This document shows, one piece after another, positions 54,336 through 64,000 of a stretch of 64,000 nt of DNA. This DNA is from Camelus dromedarius. Lineage: Eukaryota. The notes under the pieces are model-generated. The model worked only from the letters and a program-made list of their open reading frames with translations. It did not search any database and had not been told where the DNA came from. The stretch's first letter is position 1; every line of letters begins with the position of its first letter. The position numbers and the translations under genes were made by a program. The DNA is taken from positions 95,606,001-95,670,000 of the forward strand of contig NC_087436.1 in assembly GCF_036321535.1 (NCBI RefSeq), in the 5' to 3' direction.

Positions 54336-56085
54336 GGGGAGGATGGAGAAGATGGCGGAGTAGAAGGACGCTCGCAGGTCACCCTCTCCCACAAATACAC
54401 CAAGACCCACATCTACAGACCCACTCAGCCAACCAGAGCACCTGCGGAACTCCGACAGAACATCGCCCTCTTCAAAAGATAAAGACACCAAAAATCTGGT
54501 AGGAGAAAAGGAAAAAAGAAAGAACAAAAGGCAAAGCAGCGCGGGACAGGTCCCGCGGGGAGGGAGCGGCAAAGGAGGACTGGCGCTCGCTCGCTGGGTC
54601 TCCCCTCTCCAACTGAGAGGCCAGCGGGACGGAGGGGGAGCCTCCGAAGCTCGGATCTGTACAGAGCAGCCCTTGACTAACAGAACTAAGTTAAACGGGC
54701 ACAGAGTGTCCCCCCGACACCCAGCCTGAGACGCGGGCCGGCAGCCGCGGGCAGGGCCAGGCTGCACAAGCCGGGCGGAGGACGAAAGTGGCTGCACGGA
54801 GGCAGCCCTGGGGGAACGCAAGGGGCTGTGCGCCGTGGCTGTGGGTGCACAGGGCAGAACAACCTGGGCCCTCCATAAAACAGCAAGGTTGATGTGCTCT
54901 CAGGGGAAGGGTGCACACCCACATCTCTGAAAACCCGCGGAAAGTTTTCGGGGGAAGAGAGGCGGGGCTCAGGCACAGCCGCCATATCCTCCACACTTAG
55001 CACTCAGGCGGGGGCGGGGGCGAAACCTGCATCAGCACCGAAGGGCTTAGCAGCCTCAAAGGCCAGACTGAGACTGGCCTGCAGCCTTGGGCAGATAGGA
55101 TCCTTCCATCCTGGTCCCTCAGAGAACTTGCTCCACAAAGACATACAAGGAGCTGGGTTTTGGCTCCGAGCAGGGACAGGACTGTCCCTCGGTCTTCCCC
55201 GAGCCCACCCGCGGAGCGCCGACCAGGGCGGAGCGCCGACCAGGGCGGAGCGCCGACCAGGGCGGAGCGCCGACCAGGGCGGAGCGCCGACCAGGGCGGA
55301 GCGCGCAGCCGCACAGAGCAGCGGAGCTACCGGTGGCGGCGCAGGTAGAGCGAGAGCGGCCCCCAGCCTTTCGGGCAGGAACACAGCCCCTGACCCAGGT
55401 GCTGGGAGGGGGCACGACCCATCCTCCTACCTGGCCAGTCTGCAACATCTGACTGCGGCATCCGGAGGGGCAGCGACCCGCCCGCCCACAGCAGAGAGCT
55501 GCACCTGACCCAGTGTTAGGAGGAGGCGCGATCTGCTTGCCGACAGGTGCTGGGAGCAGCACAGAAGAGGGCGCCAATGGAGGGCCTCTGAAAACAGCAA
55601 GCTGAGCTTCCAAAACAGGACGAAGACAGAAAGACTTCACATTAAAAGCACACAGACTCCAGGGGAACACCGACAAATCCCCCCCCCCCCCTTTTTTTAA
55701 ATCTGTTTTTACCTGTTCTATTTTCTATTACTCTCTTAATCTTTACTTCTTAATTCATTTGTATTTCTCTTGGGTTTTGATGTCCTGCTATTGATTAGAC
55801 ACAGGTTTCAAATACATCTATTCATCTCCCCCCCCCTTTTTTTGTAAAGGTTTCAAAAGGACGTCTCAACCCGATTAATACTCTGCTTCAACTCACTCTT
55901 CTATTATTCATTATACACTGTTTTCAAACCCTCTTTCTCCCTTCTTTTAAAATTCTTTCTCTCTCTCTCTTATTTTTTTTTTCTTTTTTTCCTAAGTTCT
56001 CTTCCTAAATAGGCATCAGATAGATAAAATCCTTAAGGACCAAAATAAACAACTGATACTCCATAAACCACAGTGCCAAAGAGGT
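54336..56085 (+). promoter_or_regulatory. L1 5'UTR / internal Pol II promoter, CpG-rich, with YY1 motif AAGATGGCGG (54349-54358)
   Basis: High CpG density over ~54340-55600; YY1 consensus at the extreme 5' end, as in other mammalian L1s; lies directly upstream of the ORF1 ATG. Confidence 0.85.
55211..55304 (+). repeat. 17-bp tandem repeat GCGGAGCGCCGACCAGG x5.5 within L1 5'UTR
   Basis: Five perfect copies at 55211, 55228, 55245, 55262 and 55279, plus a partial copy at 55296; no spacers. Confidence 0.97.
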
Positions 56086-56992
56086 ATGAGCAAGATGAAG
56101 AAGCAGAAAAACCTTTCACAATTAAAAGAACAAGAGAAATCCCCTGAAAGAAAGATCAACGAAATAGACATCGATAGCCTACTAGATCAAGATTTCAAAA
56201 AAGGAGTGATCGAATTGCTGAAGGAATTAAAAGAGATAGTGTTTAGAGATATAAAATATGTCAAAAATGAAATTGAAGCTATAAAGAAGAGCCAAGTAGA
56301 ATGGGTAAACTCATTGACAGAGATGAGGAATGATCTAATAGCTGTGCAAAGCCGACTAGATAATGCAGAGGAGCGAATTAGTGATCTAGAAGACAGGGCA
56401 ATAGAAAGCACCCATTCAGAAGAACTACAAGAGAAGCAAATAAAAAATAATGAAAATAGCATAAGGGACCTATGGGATAATATAAAGCGTCCCAATCTTC
56501 GCATAATAGGGGTCCCAGAAGGAGAAGAAAGATCAAAGGGGATTGAAAAGGTTTTTGAAGAAATCATGACTGAAAACTTCCCAAACTTAAAGAAGGAATC
56601 AGATATCCAAGTACAGGAAGCTCAGAGGGTCCCAAACAGGAAGAACCCAAATAGACCCACACCAAGACATATCATAATCAAGATGGCCAGAGTCAAGGAT
56701 AAAGAAATGATTCTAAAGGCAGCAAGAGAAAAGCAAAGAGTAAGTTACAAGGGAACCCCCATAAGGCTCTCAGCTGATTTCTCTACACAAACACTACAGG
56801 CCAGAAGGAGGTGGCAAGATATATTCAAAGCCCTGAATGAAGAAAAGATGCAGCCTAGGATCCTTTATCCAGCAAGGCTATCCTTGAGGATAGAAGGAGA
56901 AATAAAGAGTTTCACAGACAAAAAAAAAAAAGCTGCAGGAGTTTAGCAACACTAAACCCATGCTAAAAGAAATATTGAAAGGGCTATTCTAA
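56086..56992 (+). pseudogene. L1 ORF1p (coiled-coil, RRM, CTD); frameshift in A12 run near C-terminus
   Basis: RISDLED, LWDNIKRPNLRIIGVPEGEE, TPRHIIIK, ILKAAREK, GTPIRLSADFS, ILYPARLS motifs; the normal C-terminus LQEFSNTKPMLKEILKGLF* continues in another frame after A12 (56920-56931), with TAA at 56990-56992. Confidence 0.95.
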
Positions 56993-57398
56993 ATAGAAAA
57001 GCAGCAGGATGCTACAGAAATGAGAAACGCACAACTGGAAAGGTGATAACTCATGAATTACAAATAAAGTAAACATGAAATTATAAAAGAAGACATACAA
57101 GTCACTGAGAGTGGGAGAGGGAGGCAGGGAAATATAGAATATTTTTTTCTTTCTGTTTTAAATTTTTTTTTAACAGTAGGATGGGTTTGAGATCATGTTA
57201 CTATCAGTTTAATAAAAACAGTTATAGTAATGGGTTGATAGATTTACAAAACAGGGTAACCACAAGCCAAAAATTTACAAAGGAGTCACAAAAATTAAAT
57301 AAAATCCATGATAATACAAAGGAAAATTAACAAACCACAAAAGGAAGAAGAAAGGAACAAAGAGGATATACCAATACAACTGCAAAGATAAGTTCAAA

Positions 57399-60300
57399 AT
57401 GGCAATAAACACACATCTATCATTAATTACTGTAAATGTTAATGGACTAAATGCTCCAGTCAAAAGACACAGAGTGGCAGACTGGATAATAAAGCAAGAA
57501 CCTTCAATATGCTGCATACAAGAGACCCACTTTAGGGAGAAGGACACATATAGATTGAGAGTGAAAGGGTGGAAAAGGATATTCCATGCAAATGGAAAAG
57601 CCAAAAAAGCAGGTGTTGCAGTACTGATTTCAGACAAAATAGACTTTAAAACAAAGGCCATAAAGAAAGATAAAGAAGGACATTTTATAATGATTAAAGG
57701 AGTGATACAAGATGAGGATATTACACTCGTTAATATATATGCACCCAATATAGGAGCACCTAAGTACATACAAGAATTACTAACAGAGATAAAGGGGGAT
57801 ATTGATGGGAATACAATCATAGTTGGAGATTTTAACACTGCATTAACATCACTAGACAGATCTTCCAGACAGAAAATAAACAAGGCAACAGAGAAATTAA
57901 ATACTACAATAGAAAAACTAGATTTGGTGGATATTTTCAGAGCATTACACCCCTCAAAAATAGGATATACATTCTTTTCTAGTGCACATGGAACATTTTC
58001 CAGGATCGATCATGTACTTGGGCACAAAAGAAACCTCAACAATTTTAAGAAGATAGAAATTATCTCAAGCATCTTTACTGACCACAATGCCATGAAACTG
58101 GAAATCAACAACAGAGAAACAAAGGAGAAAAAAAGGAAAGCATGGATATTAAACAATATGTTATTGAAAAAACAATGGATCAATGAGGAAATCAAAGCTG
58201 AAATTAAAAAATACCTTGAGACAAATGATAATGAAAGCACAGCCACTCAAAACCTATGGGACACAGCAAAGGCAGGGCTAAGAGGGAAGTTTATAGTGAT
58301 ACAGGCCTTCCTCAAAAAAGAAGAACAATCTCAAATAAACAATTTAACCCACCACCTGAATGAATTAGAAAAAGAAGAACAAAAAGCCCCAAAAAGCAGC
58401 AGAAGGAAGGAAATAATAAAGATCAGAGGGGAATTAAATACAATAGAGATTAACAAGAGCATAGAAAAAATCAACCAAACCAAAAGCTGGTTTTTTGAAA
58501 AAGTAAATAAAATCGACAAACCTCTGGCCAAACTCACAAAGAAGAAAAAAGAGCACAAATTAGCAAAATAAGAAAGGAAAATGGAGAAATTACAACAAAC
58601 AAAATAGAAATACAGAATATCATACGAGATTATGAAAAACTATATGGAACCAAACTGGATAACCTAGAGGAGATGGACAAGTTTCTGGAAACATACTGTC
58701 CACCAAAACTGAATCAAGAAGAATCTGAACACTTGAACAATCCGATCACTAGAAAGGAAGTAGAAATAGCAATTAAAAACCTCCCTACAAATAAAAGTCC
58801 AGGACCGGACAGCTTCACCGGGGAATTCTACCAAACTTACAAAGAACTCATACCAGTCCTTCTCAAACTCTTCCAGACAATTGAAAAGGAGGGAATACTC
58901 CCAAACTCATTCTATGAAGCCACCATCACCTTGATACCAAAACCAGGCAAAGACACTACAAAAAAAGAGAATTATAGGCCAATATCACTGATGAACATAG
59001 ACGCCAAAATCCTCATCAAAATTTTAGCAAATAGAATCCAACAACACATAAAAAAGATTATACATCATGACCAAGTGGGGTTCATCCCAGGGACACAAGG
59101 CTGGTTCAACATACACAAATCAATCAGTGTAATACATCATATCAACAAGAGAAAGGACAAAAACCACATGATCATCTCAATCGATGCAGAAAAAGCATTT
59201 GATAAAATTCAACACCCATTTATGATAAAAACGCTCGCCAAAGTGGGTATAGAGGGAACATATCTCAACATAATAAAAGCTATATATGACAAACCTACAG
59301 CCAGCATAGTACTCAACAGTGAAAAACTCAAAAGCTTCCCACTAAAATCTGGGACAAGACAAGGATGCCCACTATCACCACTCCTATTCAACATAGTCCT
59401 GGAAGTCCTAGCCACAGCAGTCAGGCAAGAGAAAGAAATAAAAGGGATCCAAATTGGAAAAGAAGAGGTAAAAGTGTCATTATATGCTGATGACATGTTA
59501 CTATATATAGAAAACCCTAAAAGGTCCACACAAAAGCTACTAGAGCTGATTGAAGAATTCAGCAAGGTAGCAGGTTACAAAATTAACGTTCAAAAATCAG
59601 TTGCATTTCTTTACACTAACGATAAATCAACAGAAGAAGAAAGTAAAGAAACAATCCCCTTTAAAATAGCACCCAAAGTAATAAAATATCTGGGAATAAA
59701 TCTAACCAAGGAGATGAAAGAATTATACACAGAAAACTATAAACCATTGATGAAGGAAATTAAAGAAGACTTTAAAAAGTGGAAAGATATTCCATGCTCT
59801 TGGATTGGAAGAATCAATATTGTTAAAATGGTCACACTGCCCAAGGCAATCTACAGATTTAATGCAATCCCTATCCAATTACCCAGGACATATTTCACAG
59901 AACTAGAAAAAATCATAATAAAATTCATATGGAACCATCAAAGACCTAGAATTGCCAAAGCATTACTGAAGAGAAAGAAAGAGGCTGGAGGAATAACTCT
60001 CCCAGACTTCAGACAATACTATAGAGCTACAGTCATCAAGACAGCATGGTATTGGTACCAAAACAGACATATAGACCAATGGAACAGAATAGAGAGCCCA
60101 GAAATGAACCCACAAACTTTTGGTCAACTCATCTTTGACAAAGGAGGCAAGAATAGACATTGGAATAAAGACAGTCTCTTCAGCAAATGGTGTTGGGAAA
60201 ACTGGACAGCAGCATGTAAAACAATGAAGCTAGAACACTCCCTTACACCATATACAAAAATCAACTCAAAATGGATTAAAGACTTAAACATAAGACAAGA

Positions 60301-61179
60301 TACAATAAACCTCCTAGAGGAAAACATAGGCAAAACATTATCTGACATACATTTAAAAAATTTTCTCCTAGAAGAAATAAAAGCAAGAATAAACAAATGG
60401 GACCTAATGAAACTTACAAGCTTCTGCACAGCAAAGGAAACCAGAAATAAAACAAGAAGAAAACCTACGGAATGGGAGAAAATTTTTGCAAGTGAAACCG
60501 ACAAAGGCTCGATCTCCAGAATATATAAGCAGCTCATACGACTCAATAAGAAAAAAATAAACAACCCAATCCAAAAATGGGCAGAAGACCTAAACAAGCA
60601 ATTCTCCAAGGAAGACATACAAATGATCAAAAAGCACATGAACAAAATGCTCAATATCACTGATTATCTGAGAAATGCAAATCAAAACTACAATCAGGTA
60701 TCACCTCACACCAGTCAGAATGGTCGTCATTCAAAAATCCACAAATGACAAATGCTGGAGAAGCTGTGGAGAAAGGGGAACCCTCCTACACTGCTGGTGG
60801 GAATGCAGTTTGGTGCAGCCACTATGGAAAACAGTGTGGAGATTCCTCAAAAGACTAGGAATAGACTTACCATATGACCCAGGAATCCCACTCCTGGGCT
60901 TGTATCCAGAAGGAAATCTACTTCAGGATGACACCTGCACCCCAATGTTCATAGCAGCACTGTTTACAAAACATGGAAACAGCCTAAATGTCCATCAACA
61001 GGTGACTGGATAAAGAAGAAGTGGTATATTTATACAATGGAATACTACTCAGCCATAAAAACCGACAACATAATGCCATTTGCAGCAACATGGATGCTCC
61101 TGGAGAATGTCATTCTAAGTGAAGTAAGCCAGAAAGAGAAAGAAAAATACCATATGAGATCGCTCATATGTGGAATCTA
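57399..61179 (+). pseudogene. L1 ORF2p (APE endonuclease, RT, Cys-rich domain), disrupted
   Basis: EN motifs NVNGLN, QETH, NIYAPN, GDFN, SRIDH, TDH; RT motifs [39 protein letters not shown]. Frameshifts at ~58550, 60643 and ~60968; TGA at 60669. Confidence 0.96.
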
Positions 61180-62999
61180 AAAAACAAAAACAAAAACAAA
61201 CAAACAAACAAAAACAAAGCGTAAATAAAGGACAGAAATAGACTCACAGACAGAGAACACAGACTTGTGGTTACCAGGGGGGTGGAGGGTGGGAAGGGAT
61301 AGACTGGGATCTCAAAATTGTAGAATAGACTACACTGTATAGCACAGGGAAATATACACAAAATGTTATGATAACTCACAGAGAAAAAAATGTGACAATG
61401 AGTGTGTATATGTCCATGAATAACTGAAAAATTGTGCTGAACACTGGAATTTGACACAACATTGTAAAATGATTATAAATCAATAAAAAATGTTAAAAAA
61501 AAAAAGGGGGGGGGGCTTCTGATTTTATTCTGGGAGATTTAGGAAACCACTGGGAGGTGTTGAGCAGGGAATGGCACAATCTGACCAGTACTCTGGCTGC
61601 TGAGAGGAGATCATGGAAGGCAGGGCAAGGACAAAGCAGGGAAACTGGGTAGATGACACTGCAGTCATCCAGGCAAAAGACGGTGCTGTCTCCAAGCCGG
61701 ATGGGAGCAGTACAGGTGCTGAGACGAGACCAGTTGGGTTAAGAATATATTCTGAAGGTACAGCTGGTGTACTGGATTTGGAGTTTGGAAGAAAGAAGGG
61801 CATCAGGATGACTGGAAGATAACTGACCTGAACAGCTGGGGCAGGATCTGACATTTATTGAAATAGGACAACTAGGAGAGAAGAAGGTTGGCACAGGGCA
61901 AGGTCAAGGGTTATGTTTTTCATTCTTCTCTTCCTTTGGGAGAGTAAAGGGGAGAGAACGCAGTCTGAGTGGTTCCAGTCTTAAAAAATAAAAAGAGAGA
62001 GAGAAAGTTTGGTTTTGAACACATGAAGAGTAAGCGGCCTAGCAGACATCCACAGGAAGATGTTAAATAGGCAACTGGATGTGAGAATCTGGTGATGGAT
62101 ACAAAACAAACATATAAATTGTCCCCTTTGCCCCCTGCCCCGACATACGGTGGTCTGAGCTTAAAAAGGAGGGATGCACTTAGGAAACAGCAGGCACTTA
62201 GCCCACAATAAGGTCCAGAAGCTTCTTGGTAGGTTTTCAGAAGAAATTGTGGACAAATTGGAATTTCAGATTCAGGATCAACACACTTAGAAAATGTGAC
62301 TTTGAAGAGCCCAGAGCATATAGGATAGGAAGAGCAAGAGGACACTGGCCATTGAGAACGGACCTTGCAGAGCTGAGAGCCCCAGGGGCAGAGGACACCC
62401 CAACTCCGGCTCCCCCCTACCCCCCGGCTCCCATGGGACCTTGCTGTTTGCACCTCTCCCTTCCCCCGGCCTGGGTAAGAGCATTCCTATGTTCTCTGCA
62501 GCCACAGGGTGTGACTCTGTGGCCAGAAGATACCTGCGATGTCTTCTAAGATTTGTCTTTTTCCTGTATCTTCATCTAACCACTCTATCTTATTCTTCTC
62601 TTTTCTTTTTTTTCCTCAGAATTTTGGGATCATCCTTTTGTTTACACCATAAATATTTTTTGAATACATACCTCCAGGTACATATGCACCTTTGTGCAAA
62701 ACCCACGTCGGATACTGCAGAAATACAAAAACATAAAAACTTCAGAGATGGGTATGAATAACAGCAACAGAAAAACACTGTTTAAAAGAAGCTTCAAATG
62801 AAGTGTGGCAGGAATTTTAGAAGAGGATAGATTCCTGGCTGGAAGGGTTGGGACAAACTTAGAGCGGGTGCCATGTGAGCTGGGCTTTGAGAAACAAGTG
62901 GACTTCCCTTCAGAGAAGATATAGGTGAGGGAACCCTTTACATTAGGAGACTTTACACTACCGTTCTCCAGCCTTCTCAATTCCTGCTTTCTTGGCTGG

Positions 63000-63330
63000 A
63001 GGATGGGGCTATGGGGGAAATGTGTAGGATGCACACTTGCAACCAGTAGATAAATAAGTCCTGGAGATGTAACGTATAGTGAATATAGACAACAATATTG
63101 TGTTATAATCATCAAGCTGGCTGAGACTAGATTTTAATTACTTCCCACCACAAAAAAGAAATGGTAATGGTGTAATAGAGGTGCTAACTATGTCTATGAT
63201 GGCAATCATATTACAATATATAAATGTATCAAAACAACACGTTATACATCTTAAATGTACACAGCATCACATGTCAAATACATTTCAGTTTTAATTAACT
63301 AATTAATGCTTTCAATAAACATAAAAAGCC
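63000..63330 (+). mobile_element. L1MA-type 3' end fragment
   Basis: ataagtcctggagatgtaa..gcaatcatattacaatatataaatgtatcaaa..cttaaatgtacac. Confidence 0.8.
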
Positions 63331-64000
63331 ATATCTTTATTTAATGTTATTTGAATCTCAAAAAAATAAATTAAATCTCAACCCTTAAATTGAAGCAATT
63401 AAATAAAAGAAAATCCCCTTAAACTAAATCCTAACTCCCCAGTTCTCTCTCTCTTTGCTCCCCTCCGCCACTCAGTTCTTATTAAGGGGACAAATAATAT
63501 GAAGGTGAACCTTTCCAAAGTCAGAGGACTATGAGTTAAACATGCCCATCCCTCCTCCCCAACTGCTCACACCGTTTCCGGCAGGAAGAAGAGTTCCAGA
63601 GAAACTGATCATCAGAGTTTGTACTTTCTTGCTCAAATTCAGGCTGACTTTACCTAAAACTAATAACTTGGCAAGATAACCTCTTTCCCCATTAATTATG
63701 GAAAGAGTTTGAAGAGGAAAAAATACTAACATTTGAGCAGACACGTTTAAAGAACGATGCCTGATTTTCTCAGAAGCACGAGAAGGCCTCTGCTGGGTCT
63801 AGACTTGGTCCACGATGTCCAGCAGGCCGCCCCATCAAAGGGACTTTTATATGAAGCACTGAAAGGAGGCCCCGCTGTGACAAGCCCCAGTCAGGGAGCA
63901 ACCAGAAGCCAACAGAACTTCCTCCTCAAGCCAGAGGACAGAAGGCAGCCCCCAAGCCCTGCTCTCCTGGTAAAGGCCCACTGATCACGGGGTTCTCTCC

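Larger units (their letters stand above)
54336..61505 (+). mobile_element. Full-length LINE-1 (young camelid-type L1), inactivated
   Basis: Starts GGGGAGGATGGAGAAGATGGCGG; GC-rich 5'UTR; ORF1; ORF2 with EN, RT and Cys-rich domains; AATAAA at 61482 and A-tail 61495-61505; imperfect TSD (AAAGGGCTTCTGGATTT ~54316-54332 vs GGGCTTCTG-ATTT ~61513-61525). Confidence 0.97.
53790..62100. mobile_element. L2 host element (~53790-54332 and ~61513-62100) split by the SINE and the full-length L1
   Basis: Joining the flanks restores an L2-type phrase: gggcttctggattttattctgggagatttaggaaaccactgggaggtgttgagcagg..atctgac. Confidence 0.7.

Noticed and set aside
55211..55304. 17-bp repeats as a CRISPR-like array
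   Set aside because: Head-to-tail with no spacers, inside a mammalian L1 5'UTR, and no cas genes.
57399..61179. A novel RT-based system or an active L1
   Set aside because: Canonical LINE-1 ORF2 with several disabling lesions as assembled; no unusual partner genes.

Overview
Mammalian, not prokaryotic, genomic DNA. It is most likely camelid, based on two tRNA-derived SINEs that I recognise by eye as Vic-1-type. I see no supportable host protein-coding exon; the window looks intergenic or deep-intronic and is dominated by transposable elements. The main feature is a full-length, young but inactivated LINE-1 (~54336-61505, +). It has a CpG-rich 5'UTR with a YY1 site and a 17-bp tandem array, ORF1, a ~400-bp inter-ORF spacer, ORF2 (EN/RT/Cys-rich) and a poly(A) tail, and it sits inside an old L2. 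A near-identical 5'-truncated copy lies inverted at ~3008-4797, and an older relative lies at ~11193-11902. The rest is older L1M, MaLR/ERVL LTRs, MER5/MER58 DNA transposons, MIR/L2, a CR1/L3 RT relic and microsatellites. I cannot support a new biological system here. The best leads are a TGA stop shared by both young L1 copies before the Cys-rich domain, a poly(A)-only insertion with a perfect TSD, two unexplained exact direct repeats in apparently unique DNA, and several enhancer-like motif clusters. Repeat subfamily names and most old-element boundaries are approximate, by-eye calls.
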